Below, in pieces: positions 9,844 through 19,604 of a stretch of 20,000 nucleotides of DNA (positions within the stretch are counted from its first letter, which is position 1; the number at the start of each line of letters is the position of its first letter). The notes beneath the pieces are model-generated. The model searched no databases. It was not told where the DNA came from and saw only the letters and a program-made list of their open reading frames with translations. The stretch comes from Malacoraja senta (Eukaryota): contig JAXLNO010000029.1 in NCBI GenBank assembly GCA_038087875.1, positions 48,914 to 68,913 on the forward strand, in the 5' to 3' direction. The translations under genes and the position numbers were made by a program.

Positions 9844-9952
9844 TGACGCGCAGGCGCACTGACGGGCTTCTTCACGTAATCACCTACGTAACTCCTCATA
9901 AAATAAAGATCAAACTTCAAACTTAGGTAAGTTCTCGTTTAATCTTACTATT
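9844..9952. repeat. DIRS right inverted terminal repeat plus 3' extension
   Basis: 35 bp perfect and about 25 bp imperfect complementarity to the left ITR, followed by a ~48-bp extension matched only by the ICR. Confidence 0.95.
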
Positions 9953-10954
9953 AAAAGCTACTTAAGTAACAGGCAACAGTTTGTAAATCTGGGTAGTCAT
10001 AATTCTACATGCTTGGACATTGTGTGTGGTGTACCACAGGGGTCAGTGCTGGGCCCAAAATTATTTATCATGTACATAAATGATATTTGTAATGTGTCCA
10101 ATGTCTTGAGGCTGGTTTTGTTTGCAGATGATACAAATATTTTTTGTTCTGGGGAAAATTTAAAACAGCTATTGGATAAAATAATAAAAGAAATGGGTAA
10201 ATTGAAAATATGGTTTGATAGGAATAAAATTTCATTAAATCTGAGTAAAACTAAAATAATGTTATTTGGTAATTGTAGAATAAATACACTAGTAAGTATA
10301 AAGATAAATGGGGTGGAAGTTGAAAGAGTGCATGAAAATAAATTTCTTGGGGTTATAATTGACGATAAAATAAGCTGGAAATCACATATTAAACATGTAA
10401 AATTAAAATTGTCAAAAAGTATCTCTGTATTATACAAAGCCAAGCAAGCTCTGGATTACAAATCACTCCGTATTCTTTATTGTTCATTAATTTTACCCTA
10501 CTTAAATTATTGTGCAGAAGTCTGGGGTAATAATTATAAAAATTCGATACACTCATTAACCATGATGCAAAAAAGAGCAATTCGTATTATCCATAATGCT
10601 AAGTATCTGGGTCATACGAATCCATTATTTTTAGAGTCAAAATTATTAAAATTAGAAGATTTGGTCACATTCAAAACAGCTCAGATAATGTTTAGGGCCA
10701 AAAATAAAAATTTACCTGGAAACATTCAAAAATTATTTAACGAGCGTGTGGGGGGTTACAATTTAAGAGGAATATTTAACTTTAAGAAACAAAAAGTCCG
10801 TACGACTAGAAAAACCTTTTGTATTTCGGTTTGTGGAGTAGGAGTGTGGAATAAATTGAACGGGGAATTGAAGCAATGCACAAACATGAATCATTTTAAA
10901 ATGATATATAAAAAAATAATTCTCAAGGGGTACAGGGATGGAGGGGATGGTTGA
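9953..10954 (+). pseudogene. LINE ORF2 3' part (RT core and C-terminus), uninterrupted
   Basis: KSYLSNRQQFV, CGVPQGSVLGPKLF, LFADDT, LNLSKTKIM, KFLGVIID, PYLNYCAEVWG, QKRAIRII; same frame as 4097-5161. Confidence 0.96.
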
Positions 10955-11139
10955 CAAGTGGGGGTTGATGTTTATCTTGCTTTGCTATTGTTTACTTATG
11001 TTTGGGTACTTCAGATATGAAGATTGTATGTACATAATAGTTGTATGTATATATATATCTGTAGGTATTATGGGAAATTGCCTAGGCTAGTATTATTATT
11101 AGTAATGAATTGATTTTTAAATATGATAGAAGTGTTGGG

Positions 11140-11184
11140 GAAAAGGGGTGAGATTTAATGTTATTCTTCTTCTCACTCCTTTTC
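11140..11184 (+). other. LINE 3'UTR stem-loop (putative RT recognition signal)
   Basis: GAAAAGGGGTGAGA (11140-11153) pairs with TCTCACTCCTTTTC (11171-11184) with one G-U pair; 3' stem-loops are known in L2/CR1-group LINEs. Confidence 0.7.
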
Positions 11185-11326
11185 GAGCTTGTACAGACAC
11201 AGAGTTGGACATTGGAACTTTGATTTTGTTCTTCTCATTGCTTTGTAAATATTGATTGTAATGTCCAATTGTTGGATAATTTCGATTTTGTTAATATTAA
11301 TGTCTTTAATGTCTTTACTTGTTCGG

Positions 11327-11358
11327 AATAAATAAATAAATAAATAAATAAATAAATA
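11327..11358 (+). repeat. (AATA)n tail of the LINE
   Basis: Perfect AATA tandem directly at the LINE/Gypsy junction. Confidence 0.9.
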
Positions 11359-11618
11359 CTTTAGATTTACTAGTTTCACCTTGCTTTATTCCAAGAGGCA
11401 CCACTGTCGTATTGTTGTACATCGATAATACTTGCTTGGTTTCATCCACATCCTTTGCATGCATCTTGGGAATGATGTTACATGTGGCTCCACTGTCTAG
11501 CCGGAATTCTACTTCCTTCTCTTCCAGCATCGTGGTCGCAAAGATTTTCTTTGGGAATTGAGTCTCCTCAACACCATGAACACTCTGCTTTTGATGCTTC
11601 TGGTTGCAGTTCCACTGT
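11356..11618 (-). pseudogene. Gypsy element A aspartic protease segment
   Basis: KKIFATTMLEEKEVEFRLDSGATCNIIP (DSG at 11489-11497)...LSMYNNTTVVPLG. Confidence 0.9.
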
Positions 11619-12739
11619 TAGGCTGTGGGCCAAGGAGCTTTTTCGTTCAAGTTCGTGACCCAACTCACGATACTACCTGAATTTTTAACATATTGTGTAA
11701 AAATATTATATAAATCATACCTGAAACTCGTCAAGACCAAAATCTGCACATTTTTTACAAATATGAGAAAAAGCTCCGAGTTGTAATTGTCCAATCAATG
11801 CACGTTTGACATTGACGTCGGACGCAAATTGACCAATCCCACGCTTTGTTTTATGGTCGCTAGGCAGCGATGACCCTGGGATCATGGCTGCCTCCTCATT
11901 ACATCAAAACAATAACAAGGTTTCCAAGGAATGAAGGTTATGCTAACCTTGCTGATTATTTTGTTTTTCAATTGATTTATCTGTATAAAGTTAGGGTCAA
12001 TCAGTGAGTCAGTCGGATATTCAGTCAGTCAGACGGTCGGTCGATCAATCGGTCAGTCTGTCGGTCGGGCTTGTCGGTAGGCCGATGGATGATGTGGAGG
12101 ATCGGTCGGGCTGTCGGGCTGCCGGTGGGTGGTGAACGTTGGGGCGGGCCGCTGGTGGGTGGTGAGAGTGGTGAATGACAGGCAAGAAAGAAGACCAATC
12201 TGCTGATATAGCGATTTTTAAAACCTTCATAACTTTTGTAATCCTCCACCGATTGGAACAAAGCTTGGTGCACGTGGAGGAGCGGAGACCAGTGAGTAAG
12301 GTGGCACAAAAATCCTAGCAATAAACGGTACAATTTCTGTTCAAATTTAAAGAAAGGCAAACCGGAAGTTGTCAAGATGAGAGTTTTAGTAATAGTATAG
12401 ATAATTATACATATTATGTATGATTACAGTCATGTTCACGTCATATACATACATATATATACACATATATAGTATAATAATATATGGTTTAAATAGACCA
12501 CAGCAGGGAATTAGGCTCCCCATGGTGTAATATGGGCATAGGACACTAAATGGGGCTTACTTTTACAATCTAATTTTCTAATTAGTTTAATTAATTAATG
12601 TGCAACTTTTGGCATTGATGAGTTATGACTTCCTTCTCAATTATATTTTATCTAAATCTGTGCAAAATTTCATGTAGTTCCGAGACATGGGTCATGAAAG
12701 TTAAATTCTAGACATTTCTGAAGCTCGGCCCACAGCCTA
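11619..12739. mobile_element. Non-autonomous TIR element with TAG...CTA ends and a 3-bp TSD (Academ-like), inserted in Gypsy A
   Basis: TAGGCTGTGGGCCAAG (11619-11634) versus reverse complement TAGGCTGTGGGCCGAG (12724-12739), 15/16. TGT flanks both sides (11616-11618, 12740-12742). Removal restores Gypsy EIHT-VELQPE. Superfamily is inferred from the ends only. Confidence 0.8.
11995..12401 (-). mobile_element. Possible Helitron-like non-autonomous fragment nested in the TIR element
   Basis: Minus strand starts A|TCTATACTATTACTAAAACTCTCATCTTG, resembling 5'-TC Helitron starts, and contains GTCA/GTCG tetranucleotide tracts. No 3' hairpin-CTAG end was found and the left boundary is approximate. 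Confidence 0.4.
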
Positions 12740-13539
12740 TGTGTGAATTTCATCATACTCTTGAATGTCATTATACTCATCACTGGAGATCTCCACTCCC
12801 CCCACTGCATGCACAGATTTGTTGCCTTTCTTTTCTTTCTTCTGGTTCTTCTGTTGCACCTGCTTTTCCATCCATTGTGATGCAAAATGATCTATCTTAT
12901 GGCATTTGAAACACTCCTGGCCAGATGTTGGACATTTCTCCTTCTTCCTCTCATGTTTGTGTCCGCAGTATTTACACTGTATGGTTGGCTGGTATCTTGT
13001 CCCCTCTTGTCTTACTGCACAGACATCTTGTCGTTGGTCACCTAACAGGACATCAACTCTGGCCTTGGAAAGCCTGGCATGCCTTCACACAATTTTCATC
13101 TCTTATGCCTCATATTATGCTATCACTTATAAGTGAATCCTTCAACTCTCTGAAATTGCAATGAGCTACCAAGAGCTTCAGTTCTGTTTAGAACAAATGT
13201 TTCCCCTCTTCTTGGCACCTTGTAAAGAATCAATACCTGTCGATGGTCTCGTTCCTCACGGGTTAGCAATGCTGTTCAAAAGCATCGAGAGCCTGCATTA
13301 GTGTCACTTCTTGTACGTTGCCATCCGGTGTCCGTGTCCCTCGCGGTTTTATTGTTTGGTAGAGCTCTCTCCCTTGTGGTCCAACTAGGTACATGAGCAT
13401 TTTCCTCTTTATCTTATCATCCTTCCCTGTCATGCTCAAATCAACATAGAGCTCAAACTCGTCCCTCCATTGGCTCCACTCCATTGGTATATCCGTCCAT
13501 GATATATCCGCATTCAGACTTCTTCAGAGATTCTTCCAT
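12740..13539 (-). pseudogene. gag: Gypsy element A gag (with zinc knuckles)
   Basis: WSQWRDEFELYV...LMYLVGPQGRELY...AFEQHC*PVRNETIDRY*FFTRCQ; CKYCGHKH...KCP..GQECFKCHKIDHFASQW. Confidence 0.9.
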
Positions 13540-13628
13540 CTTCTAGAAGTAAGCATCATTTGGTTATTGGTCTTATTAAAACATTGTTTTTAGTTTGAAG
13601 TCGTACCGTGTGCACCAAACCCATAACA

Positions 13629-15850
13629 TCAGGCATAATACCGTATATTGTCCAAAACACAAAGCCCAAAGTTTGACAGCATGAAACGTTTTCCTCCATG
13701 TCCAATCAACTCTTGGATATGTTGTAACAATGATGTTGAAGCGTGAAAATCATTCGAGAGAATAATAGGATTTTTAACAATAACGTTCACTGTGATGTTT
13801 TGTTTAATTTCTGGATCATTAGCAGAGGTTTCAAATCCCAGCTCATGTTTTGGCCATTCCCTGTCTGGCTTACAGAGAAACTCTTGTCCATTGATCCATC
13901 TCTTATTGCTTAAGAAGCGGTCTGCTGTCAGTCCTCTGGAAGCTTCATCCGCAGGATTTTCTTTTGTGTTAAAATATTTCCATGAATGATACATCAGTTG
14001 CTCCCAATGCTCTTTCCATTGCCAAATTGTCTTTGTCCAAATCTAACTCTCTGGTCTCTTTGGCTCTATCATCTGGTAGAATGCTTCCAATACAACGCGA
14101 CTGATGCTGATCCACTTGGAAAGCATGAATCTTCCCTTATTCCAGAGGGAAGTCAGATGTTTTACCATTTGAATTGCTTCCTGCTCAGTAGACATGGATT
14201 TTAAACAATCACCCACATAGAAATGATTCTTCAAAGTGGTTATCATTCCACTGTAAAATGAACTTTGTGGTCCTCTGCGGTCTTCTTTGACGCAAAGTTC
14301 ACACAACTTGGTGATGACACTGCTCCAAAGAGATGTACCTTCATCTGGTATTCAACAAGATCTTGCTGTACATCCCCTTCAGGCCACCATACGAATCGCA
14401 GGTAGTCAATGTGTTTTTCTGATACTTTGACGATGAAACATCGCTCTGATATCAGCCATCAAAGCAATTGGTTCTTATCTGAATTTAATGAGAACTCCAA
14501 TGAGTGAGTTGGTAAGGTCTGGACCTTACAGTAGTTGACAGTTAAGTGAGGTTCCTTTGAAGACTGCAGCCCAGTCAAAGACCATCCTCAAAGTCCCTTT
14601 CTTCGAGTGATACACCCCATGGTGCGGAATGTATCATAGCTCTCCATCACTTCGATTCAGTTGGTTTGTTGGTACCAGTTCGGCATAATCTTTGTCAATC
14701 ATATCCTTTTGGAAAGATGTATATTCCTCATGAAATTTCGTATTCTTGCCAAACTTGCGTTTCAAATTTAGGATGCGTTGCTCTGCCGTATGACGATTAT
14801 TTGGCAGACTAACACTTTCTTGTTTGAAAGGGAAGTCCAAACAATAGTGTCCGTCCATTATCTTTACTGAGTAGTTCATAATATCCAAGAACTTTAACTC
14901 TTCCCTGGACATTTCTTCAGATTCCTTACTAGTTCTTTCATTGAAGTCATGATTGTATTGCTTGATCAATAGCTTTTCTAATTTACCAGTAGATATTTGA
15001 TTAACAGCAGCGGCAGGATAGTTCTTCTGGTTTCCGCTTTCATTGTTCCTTCTCAAGGAGCCATAGATAACCAATCCTAGTAGGGTTTTCACAGCAAACG
15101 GTCCATCACCTTGGCTCCTCACAATCTGTATCGGTTCCAATGCTTTCAATGCATTCGTTCCGATAAGTAGGTCAATATCAGAATCTATTTTAGATATTTT
15201 GACATCCTTCAAGTAAGGCCATTGTCTCAAGTCCTCATGTCTGGGTATATTTTGATGACCAATAGGCATGGTTTCATGTGTAAACACTTAGATATTGGTA
15301 TAAAATTATCTTCATCCAGACTAGATATTTCCCTACTTGTAATGTAATGATTAACGGACTCCTTCTCTTCATTCATGGTATGCAATCGAATCTTAATCTC
15401 CTCTCCTGTGATGTCCAGCCTTCTCATCAAGCCTTCTATGCAGAAGGTAGCCGAACTTCCGTGATCTACAAATGCATATGTTTGCAACACTGTATTCGTC
15501 TTGCTATTCCTTACCTGTACTGGTAAGACAGAGAAGATACAGGCTTCTACCCCGGCCCCAATATGAGCAGTTACTTGAGGTGAGGTGACAGCATCACTAG
15601 TAGCTGGCTTCTCCCGTTCTATTTGCTTTGGCCTGCTTTATCTCACCACTTTTCTCTCAGCCGTCTGGGCAGTTTTAGAATGATGGCTCTAGTATTACTA
15701 AGAAGATTCATCTCCCCCATGTGGTTGAGATATTTCATCGGTCTACACCAACCTCTAAGAAATTTTGCAAAATCAATGCCTCCACATCTTCTGGCTTGAT
15801 ATCTTTCCAAGCGTAGGCCTTCTCCATGTATACGTTAGGAATCCTCTGTT
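13629..15850 (-). mobile_element. BEL/Pao LTR retrotransposon internal remnant (gag, protease, RT, RNase H end; internal deletions)
   Basis: YMEKAYAWKDIKPEDV...KLPRRLREKW (gag); TYAFVDHGSSATFC (protease); YIPHHGVYH, LRMVFD, GPDLTNSLIGVL, MADIRAMFH, HLFGAVSSP, FYVGDCL (RT); ENPADEASRG (Pao RNase H). Confidence 0.93.
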
Positions 15851-15852
15851 CA

Positions 15853-16003
15853 AAGTAACATTAGCAAATTTGCAGATGACACAAAGCTGGATGGCAGTGT
15901 GAACTGTAAGGAGGATGCTATGAGAATGCAGGATGATTTGGACAGGTTGGGGGAGTGGACAGATGCATGGCAGATGAAGTTTAATGTGGATAAATGTGAG
16001 GTT
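15853..16003 (+). mobile_element. CR1 LINE RT internal fragment
   Basis: SNISKFADDTKLDGSVNCKEDAMRMQDDLDRLGEWTDAWQMKFNVDKCEV is a canonical CR1 ORF2 segment. Confidence 0.92.
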
Positions 16004-16968
16004 GCAGGTTTCAAATGCTGGTGCAGGTGCTGGTGCCAGGACCAGTGTGTATGATTGTGGGTCAGTTGTCACAGTGGGGCGGACAGCTCGCTGAAGTTTG
16101 GGATGAATTTTCCCAGGTAGTTTACCATGCCTAGAAATCGTTGTAGAGCAGTCACATCCCACCCATAGGTGCTGCCATTTCGTTGATGGCAATGGTTTTA
16201 GATGGGTCTGGCCTGAGTCCGTTGTTGGTAAACACGTGTCCCACATAAGTCACTTCCTTGACCCGAAACCTGCACAATCCAGGACCTGTTGCGCCCGGCG
16301 AACAGGATGTCATCCATGATTATGGTGCACGGGTAGCCAGTAAAGAGTTGTTCCATAGTACATTGGAAAACTTCACTGGCTAAATTGATGCCAAATGGCA
16401 TTTGTAAGAATCGGTAGCGTCCGCAGGGCGCTGCAAATGTGGTTAACATGGAGGATGCATGGTCGAGCGGTATTTGCCAAAATGAATTCTTTGCATCTAG
16501 GATAGAGAAAACTGTAGCTGGCTGCGACCTCTTCCACCGTCCGCATCGGGTGGTGTGGTCATTTGATGGCAGTGTGTAAGTCTTTAGGGTTAATACAAAT
16601 CCTTATTTCGTTTTTGTTCTTCTTGACTGCTGCGACCATGGTGGAGTCCCAGGAGGAGGGGTCATTGACAGGGGCTATCACACCCAGTGTCTCCATTCTG
16701 TCAAGTTCAGCTTTGACGCGGTCCTTCATTGCGTGCGGGATTCGGTGAGGAGAACGAACGACAGGTATGACTTCCTTGTCGGTTACAATGCTGTATTCTG
16801 TGGGAAACTTGGCCAGCTGGTTATCACAAATGTCTTTGTATTATTTGAATAGTTGTTGGGTGGGACTTTGAGAGGTAGACAGCTGGTACACAGTTTTGCC
16901 AAAGGAAACTAAGTTCATATCGCGGCATGCATCAATGCCCAGAAGGAGCGGCACTTCCCCACTAACAA

Positions 16969-17512
16969 GAAGTCAAGAAGAGAGTTTATTGTCATAGAAA
17001 CATAGAAAATAGGTGCAGGAGTAGGCCATTCGGCCCTTCGAGCCTGCAACGCTATTCAATATGATCATGGGCTGACCCAGATAGGACAATGAAATTCTTG
17101 CTTGTTGCAGCGCAACAGAATATTGTTGGCATAAATGCAGATCAGATCAGTGTGTTCATATACCATAGAATATACACACATAAATAAACAGATAAAGTGC
17201 AATAGGCTGTTATAGTTCAGAGCCTGTTTGAAGTTGTGTTTAATAGTCTGATGGCTGTGGGGAAGCAGCTGTTCCTGAACCTGGATGTTGCAGATTTCAG
17301 GCTCCTGTACCTTCTACCTGATGGCAGCGGAGAGATGAGTGAGTGGCCAGGATGGTGTGGGGTCCTTGATGATGCTGGCAGCCTTTTTGAGGCAGCGTCT
17401 GCGACAGATGCCCTCGATGGTGGGGAGGTCAGAGCCGATGATGGACTGGGCGGTGTTTACTACTTTTTGCAGCCTCTTCAGCTCCTTGAAGCTCAGGTTG
17501 CCGTACCAAGCC
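16969..17512 (-). mobile_element. Rex1/Babar LINE 3' end with 5-bp AACAA duplication
   Basis: AWYGNLSFKELKRLQKVVNTAQSIIG...CLKKAASIIKDP..LPSGRRYRSL..TSRFRNSCFPTAIRLLN; AATAAA followed by a CTTG-type tail; AACAA at 16964-16968 and 17513-17517. Confidence 0.9.
16993..17074 (-). mobile_element. Short CR1 3' tail nested in the Rex1 3'UTR
   Basis: Minus strand CCATGATCATATTGAAT...GGCTCGAAGGGCCGAATGGCCTACTCCTGCACCTATTTTCTATGTTTCTATG, with the CR1 (TTCTATGT) octamer tail. Confidence 0.85.
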
Positions 17513-18062
17513 AACAATGAAGAAATCCACATTGTAAACCTGAGATTGTAGATGGCATTGTAATGTGACCTTACCAACCGGTTGCAACTCCCCCCCATAA
17601 ATGGATGTAACTTGGAGTTTTTTCATGACAGTTTCGTTGTTGTGAATTCTTTGGAAGTCTGATAAAGACATGACATTACATCTTTGCAGCAACTTTGGTA
17701 TTGTTGACACTGAGCATTGTCATGGAATCACTGTTTGTGGATGATGAGTCGGGTACACAGGAATGTATGATTTGCCTGTCTTCCTGCAGGTGCTCAGGTC
17801 GTGGTTCTGCTGGAACTGCTGTTTCAGTCAGTGCCTCGTGGCAAATTGTGAGCTGGAGCGCATAGAGAGATTGTTGTGACCAAAGATTATAGAGGGGCAA
17901 GATAGACCACTCCTCCGAAATCCAGGAGTGGTCTATCCAGAAGACAGTCCATCTAGGAGAGGGAAAACCAGTCTTCAGTTCCTCTTCTGGTACTAATTTT
18001 CGGGCGTAATCTCTCTCTCCAGAGATCCAGGCCAATCTGTCCCTCTTCTACCACCTCCTGAC

Positions 18063-18579
18063 TGTAAGGTAGCTTTCGACTCGTTATAATGGCAGATTAT
18101 TATATTGTTCAAGGATTTGCTCCCTCTAGCCACTAGGAGAAGACACGGGGTGAGGAGATAGCGTCGTTTTACGAATGGGAACTCTCCACGAGACATTCAA
18201 AGCCATAGAAAGATAAATCATCAAAACAAACTCTCTTGATTAATAGTTTCTTTATTGTCAAAGTAAAACAGTCAGATATTCATCTAAACCTCTTCTTGAT
18301 AAGTACATTTTAATCTTCGTCAAACTCCAGCATGTGGCTCCGAAACATTAGAAAACGTCTTTGGAGTTTGAAAGCTCTGACCATTGGTCGAAAGCTATAC
18401 TGTCCCACCATGCTTCCTCCGAACTAAATAAAAACCTACAAGCTTCTTCCAAGAATCCCAGCAGCAAAACACGCCTCCGACTACATAATATATCCCACCC
18501 ACATAATTACAGGCAGACAACATTTAAAGGCAAATTCCATAATTTATGATACAAAAAATTAAGCCAAACGGCCACTACA
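18063..18579 (-). mobile_element. Candidate LTR (517 bp, TGTA...TACA)
   Basis: Minus strand begins TGTAGTGG at 18579 and ends CTTACA at 18063, with AATAAA at 18251-18256. It lies upstream of and co-oriented with Gypsy B. There is no second copy in the window to confirm it. Confidence 0.5.
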
Positions 18580-18762
18580 CTCACTCTCTCACTCACTCTC
18601 ACTCACTCATTTACTCACACTCACTCACTCACTCATACTCTCTCACTCACTCTTACTCACTCACACTCACTCACATTCACTAACAAACTCACTCACTCAC
18701 ACTCACACTCACTCTCTCACTGTCACACTCTCTCTCTCTTTGTCTCTCTTTCTCGGTCTCTT

Positions 18763-18833
<71 letters not shown>
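18580..18833. repeat. Compound microsatellite: degenerate (CACT)n followed by (CT)n
   Basis: Directly visible; the pure CT run spans about 18768-18829. Confidence 0.97.
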
Positions 18834-18835
<2 letters not shown>

Positions 18836-19430
18836 GTAACCATGTGCCTATTATCTCCAGTGAGCAAGCGTTCGAAGAAGCTCACAAACAAAGATCTGGA
18901 GTTCCTACTCTTTTTTTCCCCTCTCTTCCTTCATCCGGTCCACCTACTGCTGAAACACCAGTAACTAATATGTTCATCAGACACGGACTGCCCCAAACCA
19001 CCACCTACATGAAAGTTTCAAAATCTCAGCCCTTTCTCTCAGCATTGAGTGCACTAATGTGAAAAGAAAATGTATCTATGGTATTGGACACAGATGTTAA
19101 ACACAAATTGCCTTCTGTATATATACTTTTGTAAATAGTTTTGAATATTCCGTTTTTAATTAGTTTTTAAGAAAATAGGTATTATTAATGAATTTCAGTG
19201 CATCAATTTGTTTTTTAAAATAAAGTTTTGAGATATTTAACGCACTAGGCTTTGGCGGCTGTTATTTTTCTGCTCTGACCTTAACCGCTGCTCTCTGCAT
19301 GTTGTTTATTTGGATTAGGTATTGGGAATACAGCCATCTCTTACACATCACAGATCCAAGCACAAGTCTGATTTCCCAATAAGCTGTTCACGCACTATTT
19401 ATGGTAACTCCCTTCAATAACATTATCGAG

Positions 19431-19497
19431 ATAGACACAAAGTGCTGGAGTTACTCAATGGGCCAGGCAACATATCTGGAGAAAAACGATGGGTAAT
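19431..19497 (-). mobile_element. Fragment of the same Penelope-type repeat as 672-827, cut by a SINE
   Basis: AGACACAAAGTGCTGGAGTTACTCAATGGGCCAGGCAACATATCTGGAG is reverse-complement similar to 760-800. Confidence 0.6.
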
Positions 19498-19601
19498 TTT
19501 TTTGTTTTGCTTAGAGATACAGCACGGAAACCGGCCCCTTCAGCCCACCGAGTCCATGCCGACCAGCGATCCCCGCACACTAACGCTATCCTACACACAC
19601 T
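19497..19601 (-). mobile_element. 3' half of a shark/ray SINE (HE1-like, CR1-type tail)
   Basis: Minus strand GTGTGTAGGATAGCGTTAGTGTGCGGGGATCGCTGGTCGGCATGGACTCGGTGGGCTGAAGGGGCCGGTTTCCGTGCTGTATCTCTAAGC followed by an A-rich tail; recognised from memory. Confidence 0.65.
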
Positions 19602-19604
19602 TAC

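Larger units (their letters stand above)
5159..9952 (+). mobile_element. DIRS1-type tyrosine-recombinase retrotransposon, both termini present, ORFs disabled
   Basis: Inverted terminal repeats, an ICR complementary to both ends, gag-RT-RNaseH-MT-YR order and ATT at both junctions. Removal restores the LINE frame DWI-KSYLSNRQQFV. Confidence 0.97.
2878..11357 (+). mobile_element. 5'-truncated L2/Crack-type LINE (CR1 supergroup) inserted in Gypsy A and interrupted by DIRS
   Basis: ORF1 tail, APE-RT ORF2, 3'UTR hairpin and (AATA)n tail. ATAC occurs at both flanks (2874-2877, 11356-11359); removing the LINE restores Gypsy KVKLVNLK-YGRRYKVEF. The exact clade is a judgement from motifs. Confidence 0.93.
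16004..17800 (-). mobile_element. pol: Gypsy element B pol remnant (protease and RT), interrupted by Rex1/Babar
   Basis: CNVMSLSDF...YGGELQPVG...VDFFIV|SGEVPLLLG...HRIPHAMKDRVKAELDRME...IRICINPKDL...LDAKNSFWQI...GRYRFLQMPFGI...IMDDIL...LQRFLGMVNYLGKFIPNFS. Its sequence differs from Gypsy A. Confidence 0.9.

Noticed and set aside
9997..10443. Antisense ORFs over the LINE and DIRS coding regions (also 4477-4755, 8147-8431 and others)
   Set aside because: Shadow frames of real coding sequence with no recognisable motifs.
18040..18062. Primer-binding site after the candidate LTR (GTCAGGAGGTGG / TGGTAGAAGAGG)
   Set aside because: Only partial resemblance to tRNA-Leu or tRNA-iMet PBS sequences and no TGG directly after the LTR end; not supportable.
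18709..18964. ERERER and SLSLSL ORFs
   Set aside because: They are translations of the (CT)n microsatellite.
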